A stretch of 64,000 nucleotides of DNA from an uncultured Polynucleobacter sp. (GTDB lineage: Bacteria > Bdellovibrionota_B > Oligoflexia > Oligoflexales > RGVZ01), in assembly GCA_964402975.1 (NCBI GenBank), contig CAYOEM010000004.1, positions 8,599 through 72,598 on the forward strand. The letters are read 5' to 3'. Under the pieces are notes generated by a model. That model saw nothing but the letters and a program-made list of their open reading frames with translations, was not told the origin of the DNA and did no database searches. Of this stretch, positions 39,807 to 52,010 are shown piece by piece; position 1 is the stretch's first letter; every line of letters begins with the position of its first letter. The translations under genes were made by a program, and so were the position numbers.

Positions 39807-40855
39807 GAATCCATATTAGCTTGAAGAATGTCCCAGAGCCCGGCGAAGACTTTCGATCTCATATCCCTGATCGCCGCGGTTGGAATACGGCCTGAGATCA
39901 CTCTATTTGTTAACACCACGGAAAATGTTAGTGACTTTGGATCAACCCAGAATGCGGTGCCGGTGAATCCCAGATGGCCGCACCCTCGTCCCGAGGCGAA
40001 CGTTTTTGAGCTCACATCACGACCTTTCCGCCAACCAAGTAGGGAATCTCCTGGGGAGTCGCTTCGATGAAAATTTTCCATGATAATCTTGTTGCCCACG
40101 TCGCTTCGCCACAGCTTTTGCAAAAACTCGCAAACAGCCGGCCCTGAGCCAAAAAGCCCGGTATGGCCCGTAAAACCGCCCATGGCCCAGGCGTTTTCAT
40201 CGTGGACTTCAGCAACCAGCTCTCGCCCCCTGACGGGACAAAATGCCGTTGGCACCGCCCGGCGCGCATCAATCATAACCGAGCTTCCGAGATCCGAATG
40301 ACCGCGGAATCCGATTGAATGGGCGAAGTCAGCCCACTCGTCACTTAATTTTCGTTCCAAACTTTTTTCAATCAGGCGTCCGAGGATCATAAATCCAATA
40401 TCACTATATAGATCTGCATGATTTTTAGAGGGACTTGGGTCGTCGAACCTGCCTCCAAGTGCGCGTTGTAAGGACTCTGATAGTGATTGCCTATGGCCAT
40501 CACACTCCACATAAAAATTTCGCCACGCTGGAAGTCCCGTTTCGTGCCGAAGGATCTGCTCCAAAGTGAGATTGGAAACATACTTACCAAATTCCGCGCA
40601 GGCCCTTGCGCCGAATAACTCGAGAAGGGTTGTGTCAGCCGCCGATCGGCCATGTCGCAATAATCGCGCAAGGGCGAGGGGCGTTGTCACCAGAGCCTTG
40701 GTCACGCTTGAGAGGTCGAAAATGTTGCGACCATCTGCGGTTAACTCGCGCTGATACAAAACATCAGATCGATTTAAAAAACCACAGGCCACATACACGT
40801 GGGTGTATAGGCCTGAGGATTGAAACGAGCGTATAAGGGATTCTACGTTATCCAA
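39803..40855 (-). CDS. Serine hydrolase of the beta-lactamase / penicillin-binding (class C-like) family
   Basis: 350 aa. SxxK motif in [12 protein letters not shown], and a C-terminal [13 protein letters not shown] (HxG-type motif). 8-nt overlap with the gyrA stop. Confidence 0.7.
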   Translation of the reverse strand: MDNVESLIRSFQSSGLYTHVYVACGFLNRSDVLYQRELTADGRNIFDLSSVTKALVTTPLALARLLRHGRSAADTTLLELFGARACAEFGKYVSNLTLEQILRHETGLPAWRNFYVECDGHRQSLSESLQRALGGRFDDPSPSKNHADLYSDIGFMILGRLIEKSLERKLSDEWADFAHSIGFRGHSDLGSSVMIDARRAVPTAFCPVRGRELVAEVHDENAWAMGGFTGHTGLFGSGPAVCEFLQKLWRSDVGNKIIMENFHRSDSPGDSLLGWRKGRDVSSKTFASGRGCGHLGFTGTAFWVDPKSLTFSVVLTNRVISGRIPTAAIRDMRSKVFAGLWDILQANMDS

Positions 40856-43298
40856 CTTCCTCGCCTTCGAATTTTATGACCTTACAAACACCTATGACTT
40901 TTTCGCCCTCATCGACATTAATGAGGCGAACACCTTGTGTGTGTCGGCTGATCACGCCCAGCTCTTCCACGCTGAATCTAACAATCTTACCGCCAGTGGT
41001 CATCAACATGACATCATCCGTGTCAGCAACCTGAACGATGCTTACCACAAGCCCATTACGTTCACTTAATTTAATGGTGTAGATGCCTTTTCCACCACGC
41101 GTCTGTTGACGATACTCGTCCAAAGGACTGCGTTTTCCGTAACCATTTTCGCAAACCGTCAGTATAGTTGACTCAGCATCGATCACTTCAAGGCCTATGA
41201 CGTTGTCGTCCTCCTCGCCAAATCGAATTCCAGTCACGCCGCGAGCGCTTCGGCCCATGGGTCTGATTTCGTCCTCATTAAATCGGATGGCTTTTCCTTG
41301 CTTTGTCGCCATAACGACATCGTTTTTGCCGTTTGAGATGGCGCAACCAATGAGCGAGTCGTTATCTTCCAACTTAAGACCGATAATTCCGGTTGCCCTA
41401 ATGTTATCGTAGGCCATCAGCTCCGTTTTCTTGACATACCCTTGAGCTGTGGCGCTGATGACAAATTTTCCTTCCGAAAACTCTTTGACTGGCAGAACGC
41501 TTACAACTTTTTCGCCCTCTTCTAGTTTGATGAGATTGGCGAAATGCTTGCCCTTACTGCGCAGCGGAAGTTCTGGCACCTGATACACCTTAATGTCGTA
41601 TACACGGCCTTTATTAGTGAAGCATAACAGCGACTGATGGTTAGACGAGATGAAGAGGCTTTTCACCATGTCCTCTTCCTTCGTCAGCATGCCGCTCTTA
41701 CCTTTACCGCCGCGCTTTTGCGCTCTGATCTCTACAATTGGTGTGCGTTTTATATAGCCCGCCTGTGAAATGGTGACGGCCACCTCTTCATCTGCAACCA
41801 GACTCTCCATAGTAAGTTCGTCTGCCGCATCGGCGATGATTTCGGTTTTCCGTTCATCAGCAAAGCGCTCTCTTAGGTCCTTGAAGTCATCCGTGATGAT
41901 TTTGGTAACTCTCGCAGGAGTTGCAAGGATATCTTGCAAATCAGCTATCAACGCCATCGTCTCGTTATATTCAGCAATAATTTTGTCCCGCTCAAGTCCG
42001 GTAAGCTTGGCGAGGCGCATCTCGAGAATTGCTTTGGCCTGCGTGTCAGACAGCTTAAATCGCGCCACCAAATCTTGATGAGCGGTCTCTGTGTTTGTAG
42101 CGCCCCGAATGGTTCGAACCACTTCATCAATGTTTTCGACAGCGATTTTTAAACCAAGAAGTATGTGCCCCTTGGCCTCGGCTTGTCTTAATTCGTAAGC
42201 CGTCCTTCTAACAACAACTTCCCGGCGGTGTAGATAGAATTGCTCAAGCATCTGCTTGAGATTAAGAACCTTCGGCGCGCCATTCACTAGCGCCACAGCG
42301 TTCACACCGAAGCTTGTCTGCATAGGTGTCAGCTTGTACAGGTTATTGAGGATGATGTCGGGGATCTCGCCCTTTTTCAATTCGATAACAACGCGTATTT
42401 CGTCTTCAGCAGATTCATCCCGCAGATCCGTAATGCCTTCAATTTTCTTTTCACGAACTAAGTCCGCTATACGCTCGATCAAGCGCGCCTTGTTGACTTG
42501 GTAGGGTATTTCCGTGACGACGATCTGCTCTTTGCCTTGAGATTTAGGCACAGGCTCCACAATTGACCTAGCACGCATGACTACGGATCCGCGGCCCGTC
42601 ATAAACGCTTCGCGAATACCGGCTACACCAACAATTTGTCCGCGAGTTGGAAAATCTGGGCCCTTGACGTAAGTCATGAGCTCTTCAATTCTCATGGAGG
42701 GGTTTTCGATTAGAGCGAGAAGAGCGTCGAGAACCTCGCCCAGGTTATGCGGAGGAATATTTGTCGCCATACCGACGGCGATACCAGAGGCGCCATTTAC
42801 AAGAAGCTGCGGCAGCCTAGTTGGCAAAACAAGAGGCTCTTCTTCCTTGTTATCGTAGTTTGGTCCGAAATCTACTGTTTCTTTTTCGATGTCAGTAAGG
42901 AGAAGCTCTGCGACTTCCTCTAAACGACACTCCGTATAACGCATGGCCGCTGCGGAATCCCCGTCGATAGACCCGAAATTTCCTTGACCGTCGACGAGCG
43001 TGTAGCGCATCGCAAAATTTTGAGCGAGCCGAACGAGAGCCTCGTATACGGAACTGTCGCCGTGAGGATGGTATCGGCCGATAACCTCTCCTACAACACG
43101 GGCACTCTTTAGATAGGGTCGGTTATGATAATTTTTTAAATTATGCATCGCAAAAAGGATGCGGCGATGCACTGGCTTTAAACCATCTCTTACATCTGGC
43201 AGGGCTCGGGACACGATGACGGACATCGAGTAATCGAGAAACGCTGTGCGCATTTCCTCTTCTATTTTGATCGGTATAACACTGTTTGCGGGTTCCAT
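40848..43298 (-). CDS. gyrA: DNA gyrase subunit A
   Basis: 816 aa. [19 protein letters not shown], and AAMRYTE with the catalytic Tyr. C-terminal beta-pinwheel repeats. Confidence 0.95.
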   Translation of the reverse strand: MEPANSVIPIKIEEEMRTAFLDYSMSVIVSRALPDVRDGLKPVHRRILFAMHNLKNYHNRPYLKSARVVGEVIGRYHPHGDSSVYEALVRLAQNFAMRYTLVDGQGNFGSIDGDSAAAMRYTECRLEEVAELLLTDIEKETVDFGPNYDNKEEEPLVLPTRLPQLLVNGASGIAVGMATNIPPHNLGEVLDALLALIENPSMRIEELMTYVKGPDFPTRGQIVGVAGIREAFMTGRGSVVMRARSIVEPVPKSQGKEQIVVTEIPYQVNKARLIERIADLVREKKIEGITDLRDESAEDEIRVVIELKKGEIPDIILNNLYKLTPMQTSFGVNAVALVNGAPKVLNLKQMLEQFYLHRREVVVRRTAYELRQAEAKGHILLGLKIAVENIDEVVRTIRGATNTETAHQDLVARFKLSDTQAKAILEMRLAKLTGLERDKIIAEYNETMALIADLQDILATPARVTKIITDDFKDLRERFADERKTEIIADAADELTMESLVADEEVAVTISQAGYIKRTPIVEIRAQKRGGKGKSGMLTKEEDMVKSLFISSNHQSLLCFTNKGRVYDIKVYQVPELPLRSKGKHFANLIKLEEGEKVVSVLPVKEFSEGKFVISATAQGYVKKTELMAYDNIRATGIIGLKLEDNDSLIGCAISNGKNDVVMATKQGKAIRFNEDEIRPMGRSARGVTGIRFGEEDDNVIGLEVIDAESTILTVCENGYGKRSPLDEYRQQTRGGKGIYTIKLSERNGLVVSIVQVADTDDVMLMTTGGKIVRFSVEELGVISRHTQGVRLINVDEGEKVIGVCKVIKFEGEEVG

Positions 43299-43351
43299 TT
43301 CAACATCCTTACTTCTGTCATTACAGCGTCACTAAAACTCAGCGGTTACGA

Positions 43352-45862
<2,511 letters not shown>

Positions 45863-45936
45863 TCAGCCCCTTTATGCGCACTTCCATGTGGTCACATTTT
45901 CAAAACAGCTAAGGCACAAAGCACAATGAGTTCCAA

Positions 45937-47082
45937 TCACGCAGTAACTTCATGGTTACCAGTGATCGGAACAAGAATATGCTTCGTGCTGCAATCGTTC
46001 GGCTCGCCATACGGCGTTAAAACGATTGGCTCCACCGCGTCTTTAAATTGAAGAGACATCTTTTCGGCGCCAGTGACACTAACAATATCAGTGATGTACT
46101 TGCCATTGATCGCAATGTCACATTTAGCCCCGTGATACCCTTCCAGACCTATGCGCTCTCTACTCTCAGAATGCGCGGTGTTCTTTGAGCTAAGGGTAAG
46201 TGATGCATCTGAAAAGCTCAACTGCAAAACCCGGCTTTTATCCGCTGCCAGCAAAACGCGCCGTGTCACACTTTTCATGTGGTTTGTGTTCATTAAAACG
46301 CCACGCTGCTTAATTTCCGGTATTACGGCTGTGTAGTTAGGATATTTCACGGCCGAGAGTCGGACAAAAATTTGATAATTTGGGACTTGAGCCACAAGTG
46401 TAGTTTGGTCATCAGAGATGCTCAAAGTTACAGTATCAAAACCCTCAGTAGCCAATCTGGCGAGCTCAGATAAAGCCCTTTTTGTAAGGCTGACCCCAGC
46501 TTTCAAGAAAGCGTCTGGCATATCAAGCCTGATGTCACAAAATGAAAGCCTAAATGAGTCTGTTCCAACCATTCGAAGGCAGGATTTATCCGATTGAGGT
46601 CGATGTAAAAACGCGACTGTCCCGTAGTTACGAGGCGAATCAGTTGCGACACAAGACCCCACCTGTTCGATCATGTAAGCTAATTTACTGACAGGAACGA
46701 CGGCCGTGTTTTCATAATCAACGGTCGGTGATTCCCTCCACGCCGCTTCCTCAACAATCGGAAGCTTCATGGTAAACTCTCGATTTGGGCCGGCACTCAC
46801 CTTAAGATTAGAACCATCGCGCTCGAGAAGTACCGTTCCCTCCGGCAATTCACGCGCAAGGTCCGAAAATAACTTGGCGGGCACAAAAACTACGCCTTCT
46901 CGGGCAATTTCGCAGGGTAGATCATTAAAAATCGCCAGTGCTTGGTCTGCGGCTGCCACATAGAGGCGGCCTTTCCTAGCATTAAGTCCCACATGGGCAA
47001 GGTTTCGGTCAGCCATAGCACCCTGCACTCGAGCCATAGCCAGGCTCAATAAGTTTCTGTCGATTGTCAGTTTTAGAGTCAT
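45937..47082 (-). CDS. dnaN: DNA polymerase III beta sliding clamp
   Basis: 381 aa. Three-domain clamp length. Assigned by its position between dnaA and gyrB and general similarity (LEGYHG..., PIVLTP...). Confidence 0.85.
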   Translation of the reverse strand: MTLKLTIDRNLLSLAMARVQGAMADRNLAHVGLNARKGRLYVAAADQALAIFNDLPCEIAREGVVFVPAKLFSDLARELPEGTVLLERDGSNLKVSAGPNREFTMKLPIVEEAAWRESPTVDYENTAVVPVSKLAYMIEQVGSCVATDSPRNYGTVAFLHRPQSDKSCLRMVGTDSFRLSFCDIRLDMPDAFLKAGVSLTKRALSELARLATEGFDTVTLSISDDQTTLVAQVPNYQIFVRLSAVKYPNYTAVIPEIKQRGVLMNTNHMKSVTRRVLLAADKSRVLQLSFSDASLTLSSKNTAHSESRERIGLEGYHGAKCDIAINGKYITDIVSVTGAEKMSLQFKDAVEPIVLTPYGEPNDCSTKHILVPITGNHEVTA

Positions 47083-47397
47083 GTCATTATCCTCTTTTGA
47101 TTTGGCGAAGGTGTTGTCGATTCCCTATAGTTTTGTATTCATCAATCTTTCTTAAATATTGGTATTAGTAGTTACAAATCCAGCCCTGTGCACAACCCTA
47201 TAATCATCTGTTTTTATTAGATAAAGACAGATAATGTCTTTGCTTAACCTGTGTAAAAGACTGTAGGTCCACACTGGAGTCCTTGTTCATGGGCGTGACG
47301 CAGCTAAAGTAATTCATCGGCCACTCACAAACGATTCCATGGTTTATGACCAGGTTAGTAAAAGCTTTACCCACAACTAATCCACATGCGCATATCA
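47083..47397. other. dnaA-dnaN intergenic region, a candidate oriC segment with DnaA-box-like sites and AT-rich tracts
   Basis: 315 bp non-coding. TTACCCACA (47367-47375) and TAATCCACA (47378-47386) each differ from TTATCCACA by one base. AT-rich stretches run from about 47125 to 47245. Confidence 0.5.
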
Positions 47398-48840
47398 TCA
47401 CGAAAGGTGCTCCAAATTACGTTGTAGGGAGTCTACGACAGCGCGAAGATCTAAATTGGAGACGATCGCAGATTCGATTTTTTTGACGTTATGAAGGACG
47501 GTTGTATGGTCTTTACCGCCGAATTTCTGACCGAGTTCTGGCAATGACGCCGGAGTCAGTTTACGGGCGAGAAACATCGCAATTTGTCTCGGATGCGCAA
47601 TAGCCGCGTGCTTCTTTTTTGACTTTAAATCTGCAATTTTGATTTTGAAATGCTCAGCGACCGTCTTTTGGATGTCTTCGACAGAAAGTTTTTTTGGCGC
47701 TTCGGCGACGAAGAAATCCTGAAAAATCGATTGTGCTAATGATAGAGTGATTGGCACGTCGTCAAACTCGCTAAACGCACGAAGACGTAGGACGGCGCCC
47801 TCAAGTTCACGAATATCCTTTTTCTTATGCCGCGCAATATATTCAGCAACATCATGATCGAGCTTGATGCCGAGAGCGTCAGCTTTTCTTATAAGGATCG
47901 CGATGCGGTGCTCGACGTCGGGCGGTTGAATATCTGCGATTAATCCCCATTGAAAACGGTTTCGGAGTCGATCTTCAATGTCTGGAATAGACTGTGGTAG
48001 GACATCCGAAGTCATTACAATTTGTTTCTTTGCGCCGTAAAGACTGTTGAACGTATGAAAGAATTCTTCTTGCGTGGCTTTTTTCCCGCCAGAAATAAAT
48101 TGAACGTCATCGATGAGTAAAACATCACAGCTGCGGTATTTCTGGCGAAACTCCATCGTCTTTCCAAAACGAATACAGTAGATCATTTCATTCATGAAAC
48201 GTTCTGAAGTGATGTATGCAACATTTGCTGCAGGGTTTCGTCTTATTACTTCATTTCCAACAGCATGTAACAAGTGTGTTTTACCGAGACCGGAGCTTCC
48301 GCAAAGAAATAGCGGGTTGTAGGATTTTCCAGGTTGGCTGGCCACCGCCTGACATGTTGATAGTGCAAATTGATTACTTGAACCCTTAACGAAATTTTCA
48401 AAAGTGTAGAGAGGATTGAGATGCCCCTCGTGGGCCTGTTTTTGCGTAGCAGGCTTAATATCTTCGGTAAAATTAGCAGAAGCACCGGACGCGGTGTAGT
48501 CACAAACTTCCGGCTCCTCGTCTACTTCTTCGATGGGATTGAGCGTGTCGAACTGAATAAAGTACTGATCAAGACCCAGCTCAGATTTTATTTTTTCGAT
48601 GAGTGGAAGGTAAGAATCGTGGATACGTTGATAAAAGAGAATGTTCGGCGCTTTGATAAAAAGTTGGTTTGCGGAAACGTTTGTACACTCCAGAGGAGCA
48701 ACCCACGTGGTGTACTCTTGGTTAGGAAGTTGCGCCTTTATGGCTTGCTTGATGAGCTCCCAAGGGGTGATATTGGCCGGCGATGTCATGTGGTGATTTG
48801 CCTCGGTAGAATTTATTGCCAGGTTATCGATAGCGATCAC
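47398..48840 (-). CDS. dnaA: Chromosomal replication initiator DnaA
   Basis: 480 aa. AAA+ Walker A GSSGLGKTHLLHA, Walker B LLIDDVQF, and the domain IV HTH (GGKDHTTVLH). The tracked start is GTG at 48840; ATG at 48789 (MTSPANITPWEL...) is an alternative. Confidence 0.95.
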   Translation of the reverse strand: MIAIDNLAINSTEANHHMTSPANITPWELIKQAIKAQLPNQEYTTWVAPLECTNVSANQLFIKAPNILFYQRIHDSYLPLIEKIKSELGLDQYFIQFDTLNPIEEVDEEPEVCDYTASGASANFTEDIKPATQKQAHEGHLNPLYTFENFVKGSSNQFALSTCQAVASQPGKSYNPLFLCGSSGLGKTHLLHAVGNEVIRRNPAANVAYITSERFMNEMIYCIRFGKTMEFRQKYRSCDVLLIDDVQFISGGKKATQEEFFHTFNSLYGAKKQIVMTSDVLPQSIPDIEDRLRNRFQWGLIADIQPPDVEHRIAILIRKADALGIKLDHDVAEYIARHKKKDIRELEGAVLRLRAFSEFDDVPITLSLAQSIFQDFFVAEAPKKLSVEDIQKTVAEHFKIKIADLKSKKKHAAIAHPRQIAMFLARKLTPASLPELGQKFGGKDHTTVLHNVKKIESAIVSNLDLRAVVDSLQRNLEHLS

Positions 48841-49017
48841 GGGTTGAAAAACATGGGCCTTTATTAGGCTAGGCCGTGTTTTGGGATTCCCGAGGTCGCG
48901 GAATTTAGTGGAGGCAACGTAGCAGAGGAGGGGCTGTTGGGCAAGAAACTATTTTCCTTTATTTTTTTGAGGAAAGTCAGTATGTTAGAATTTATGGACG
49001 TTTCAAAAAAATATGAG

Positions 49018-49026
49018 TTATCCACA
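49018..49026 (+). promoter_or_regulatory. Perfect consensus DnaA box TTATCCACA in the dnaA / atpZ divergent region
   Basis: Exact 9-mer, read directly. It lies in an AT-rich 190-bp gap upstream of dnaA. Confidence 0.6.
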
Positions 49027-49031
49027 AGTTT

Positions 49032-49292
49032 ATGAATAAATTTTTAATCCAGTTTAGCTATTTATTGGTTTTAAATTTTGAGCTGGTTATTTTCATGGCC
49101 GGTGGAATGTACGGCGGATTCTATCTTAATAAGCAGTATCCAATAGGAGTGAACTGGCTTGCTATAACAACACCACTTTCGCTGTTGTTGTGTGGGTACT
49201 TGGTTTTTCGGTATTTGGTGAAAATCATAAAAGACGAGCAAAAAAAAACCGAGCAAGACACGTCGAACCATAGTGACTTAAAAAATGATTGA
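49032..49292 (+). CDS. AtpZ/AtpI-family small membrane protein (putative F-ATPase gene-1 protein)
   Basis: 86 aa, two TM helices. GGMYGGFYLNKQY...WLAITTPLSLLLCGYLVF resembles the AtpZ pattern. First gene of the atp cluster. Confidence 0.5.
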   Translation: MNKFLIQFSYLLVLNFELVIFMAGGMYGGFYLNKQYPIGVNWLAITTPLSLLLCGYLVFRYLVKIIKDEQKKTEQDTSNHSDLKND

Positions 49293-49671
49293 TTTCGCTT
49301 CTTTTGGACAATCAGCAGGGGCGCGGCTCGCTGTGGGCGTGATTGTCCTGTCATGCCTGAGCAGCGCGGTTTTGCCCGTAAACTTGATGGGTGGTTTTTG
49401 CTGCGGCGCGCTAGCGTTTTGCCTTGCCGCCATTAGTTTGGAACAATTATCCCGCAGGGCCCTGCAGTTGGGTGATGTTCGAAGGGGCGTTAGAAGCGGT
49501 TTTTTTTGGGTTGGTCTTAAATTTTTAGGCCCAGCGGGCTCAATTTTTTACGGTATTTGGAGAGATTTTTCGCCGGCCGCTTTGATGGCCGGGATTTTTA
49601 CAAGTCTGGCTATGTTTGTTCTCTTAATTTGGCTTTCGCAGGGTCAGGGAGCAGTCGGTCCGAAAGTTTAA
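49285..49671 (+). CDS. atpI: ATP synthase protein I-like membrane protein
   Basis: 128 aa, about 4 hydrophobic helices. 8-nt overlap with the preceding gene, and located just upstream of atpB. Assigned by position only. Confidence 0.45.
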   Translation: MIDFASFGQSAGARLAVGVIVLSCLSSAVLPVNLMGGFCCGALAFCLAAISLEQLSRRALQLGDVRRGVRSGFFWVGLKFLGPAGSIFYGIWRDFSPAALMAGIFTSLAMFVLLIWLSQGQGAVGPKV

Positions 49672-49814
49672 AGTCCGTATTTTTTAGCGCGATTATCTCG
49701 AAATTCGTTGAGGTTGTTTCCCGTTTGCGTTAAATCTTCGAGCTCGATATTTCGTGGTTTGACGATGCTCAAAAAGGAGCGCCCTGTCATAGCCCCAGCT
49801 TTCGCGGAGTTTTT

Positions 49815-50597
49815 ATGTTGCGACTCATTGCCGTTTTGTCCTTGTTTTTAGCTTCTTCAAAGGCTTTCGCGGCCGGTGGAATTGTTAATTGGTATGACGA
49901 GGCCTACCGATTGGTCAGTGGGGCCTCCTATGACGAGCATGTGGCTGAACGCGTCGTAGTTTTCGCAGGCGGGATTTTTACACTGGCGGTTTGTACGGTG
50001 CTTGGTTTGATATATAAAAGCAGCGTGGCGCGCCTTGGAGAAGATGTCGCGCCGGATGGCAAGTTTTCAGTTCGCACACTCATCGACATGGCCATGGATC
50101 TGGTGGTTGGCCTCAGCAAGGAGAATCTCGGTGATAAATGGCGCGTTCATGCACCGCTTCTAGCCGGTATTTTCATGTTTATTTTGGTTAGCAACCTTGG
50201 AGGCCTGGTCCCCGGCTTGGCTCCAGCGACAGAGAACATTTCAGGTAACCTCGCCATGGGTCTGATGGTGTTTTTAGTCTACAATTTCGCCGGCTTCAAG
50301 GAGCATGGCTGGCATTATTTAGAGCAGTTTACCGGCCCCATGCTGGCAATCGCGCCTCTGATGATCGTGATTGAGCTAATTGGACATTTGGTTCGTCCGA
50401 TTAGCTTGAGCCTTCGTCTGATGTGCAACGTGTTTGCGGATCACTTGCTGTTAGGCATTTTTACCTCGAATGTCCCTTACATCATTATTCCATCAGCACT
50501 GATGTTCTTTGGGCTACTGGTAGCGCTTGTTCAGAGCTATCTTTTTACACTGCTTACGAGCATTTATATTTCCATGGCCGTATCTCACGACCACTGA
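49815..50597 (+). CDS. atpB: F0F1 ATP synthase subunit a
   Basis: 260 aa, polytopic. Contains the conserved Arg region RPISLSLRLMCNVFADH. Confidence 0.9.
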   Translation: MLRLIAVLSLFLASSKAFAAGGIVNWYDEAYRLVSGASYDEHVAERVVVFAGGIFTLAVCTVLGLIYKSSVARLGEDVAPDGKFSVRTLIDMAMDLVVGLSKENLGDKWRVHAPLLAGIFMFILVSNLGGLVPGLAPATENISGNLAMGLMVFLVYNFAGFKEHGWHYLEQFTGPMLAIAPLMIVIELIGHLVRPISLSLRLMCNVFADHLLLGIFTSNVPYIIIPSALMFFGLLVALVQSYLFTLLTSIYISMAVSHDH

Positions 50598-50656
50598 GTT
50601 TGGATTGTGAGTTGGTATATAAGGTATTGATTTAATTGATTTTAATGAGGTGATTT

Positions 50657-50971
50657 GTGAAGTTGTCAAAGTTTTTAGTTGTGGCTTTCGGAGCTCTTGT
50701 AAGCGGCGTTGCTTTCGCTGAAGGCGATGCGGCAGCAGCCGGATCGGTCAACGGTTTAGTGGCTATTGGTTCTGGTTTGGCTATGGGTCTTGCTGCTATC
50801 GGTGCAAGTGGCGGCCAAGGTCGTACCGCTGGTTCTGCCCTTGAAGGTATTGCTCGTAACCCAGGAAGCCGTCCCGCAGTTTTCGGGGCTTTGCTGTTGT
50901 CTCTGGCGTTCATCGAGCTGTCGGCTCTTCTTGGCTTCGTTGTTGGCTTCCTATGGTGGCTGAAGTCCTAA
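50657..50971 (+). CDS. atpE: F0F1 ATP synthase subunit c, with a signal-peptide-like N-terminal extension
   Basis: 104 aa, GTG start. Gly-rich helix 1 (GLAAIGASGGQG), loop ARNPG, and the ion-binding carboxylate in LAFIELSALL. The N-terminus reads MKLSKFLVVAFGALVSGVAFA-EG. Confidence 0.85.
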   Translation: MKLSKFLVVAFGALVSGVAFAEGDAAAAGSVNGLVAIGSGLAMGLAAIGASGGQGRTAGSALEGIARNPGSRPAVFGALLLSLAFIELSALLGFVVGFLWWLKS

Positions 50972-51001
50972 GATGGTCGAGTTTTACTGACTCAGTCAAT
51001 G

Positions 51002-51030
51002 AGCCGGCGCCTTTGGGCGCTGGCTTTTTT
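51002..51030 (+). terminator. Rho-independent terminator after atpE
   Basis: A 10-bp stem, AGCCGGCGCC-tttg-GGCGCTGGCT (one G-U pair), followed by T6. Confidence 0.7.
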
Positions 51031-51045
51031 GTTTCACGTGGAACA
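51030..51045. promoter_or_regulatory. parS-like site 1 (TGTTTCACGTGGAACA)
   Basis: 15 of 16 matches to the widespread parS consensus TGTTTCACGTGAAACA. Located 123 bp upstream of parA. Confidence 0.75.
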
Positions 51046-51064
51046 TTTGGTTGAAGGTCAATAG

Positions 51065-51080
51065 TGTTTCACGTGGAACA
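51065..51080. promoter_or_regulatory. parS-like site 2 (TGTTTCACGTGGAACA)
   Basis: Identical to site 1. The identity extends to an 18-nt stretch (TGTTTCACGTGGAACATT). Centre-to-centre spacing is 35 bp. Confidence 0.75.
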
Positions 51081-51167
51081 TTCTGCGAAACTTTCAAAAT
51101 CCAACTAGCAACCAAATAAACTTTTGGTATACTCGCCCACGAAATTAATCGAATTTTCGGAGGAACG

Positions 51168-52010
51168 ATGGCTCGCATCATTGCCGTCTCAAACCAAAAG
51201 GGCGGTGTTGGCAAGACAACAACGTCAGTAAACCTAGCCGCATCTTTAGCGGCGGCTGAAAAGAAGGTTTTACTCGTTGACCTTGATCCACAGGCGAATG
51301 CGGGTAGTGGACTTGGCATAACACCAGAGAACGTGCAGACCAGCATGTACCACGTGCTTGTCGACGAGATGTCGATCAAAAGCGCCATTCTACATACCGA
51401 GCTCAAGTGCCTCAACTTAGCTGCCGCCAACCAAGATCTTATTGGCGCCGAAATCGAGCTTGTAACAGCCATTGGTCGAGAAGTGCGTTTGAAGGATGCG
51501 CTAGCTCAGGTGGACGACATATACGACTACATAATTATAGACTGCCCACCAGCACTAGGAATATTGACAGTTAACGCCCTAACAGCAGCCCATTCAGTAC
51601 TGATTCCAATGCAGTGCGAGTACTACGCGATGGAGGGCCTGAGCCAGCTACTAAAGACAGTCGGCCTCATCAAGAGACGACTCAACCCAAATCTGGAGCG
51701 AGAGGGCATCCTCTTGACCATGTATGATCGCAGAAACAACCTTTGTCATCAGGTGGAGCAGGATATCCGAACCCACTTTCAAGGCGAGGTGTTTGGAACA
51801 GTAATTCCGCGAAACGTTAGGCTTTCAGAGGCCCCATCGCACGGAAAACCGGTCATACTGTATGATATCAATAGTACCGGCGCGATTGCTTATATGGAAA
51901 TTGCGCGCGAGATCATCCGCCGCCAGACTAAACGCTTATCGGAGCAAACCCAGAGTCATTCCGATAAAAATTCCACACCCACATTAGATCGCGAGGGACT
52001 CAACGTATGA
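51168..52010 (+). CDS. parA: Chromosome partitioning ATPase ParA/Soj
   Basis: 280 aa. Deviant Walker A NQKGGVGKTTT, and IIDCPP. Confidence 0.9.
   Translation: MARIIAVSNQKGGVGKTTTSVNLAASLAAAEKKVLLVDLDPQANAGSGLGITPENVQTSMYHVLVDEMSIKSAILHTELKCLNLAAANQDLIGAEIELVTAIGREVRLKDALAQVDDIYDYIIIDCPPALGILTVNALTAAHSVLIPMQCEYYAMEGLSQLLKTVGLIKRRLNPNLEREGILLTMYDRRNNLCHQVEQDIRTHFQGEVFGTVIPRNVRLSEAPSHGKPVILYDINSTGAIAYMEIAREIIRRQTKRLSEQTQSHSDKNSTPTLDREGLNV

Noticed and set aside
47204-47401. 65-aa ORF in the dnaA-dnaN spacer
   Set aside because: It sits in AT-rich, DnaA-box-bearing DNA and overlaps the dnaA stop. No RBS. The region is better explained as origin or regulatory DNA.
48421-48867. 148-aa plus-strand ORF overlapping the dnaA N-terminal region
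   Set aside because: It is antisense to dnaA. No Shine-Dalgarno sequence and no recognisable domain, so most likely spurious.
50996-51472. 158-aa minus-strand ORF spanning the parS region and the 5' end of parA
   Set aside because: It is antisense to parA, which has clear Walker motifs, and runs through a terminator and the parS sites. The composition looks like frame-shadow sequence.
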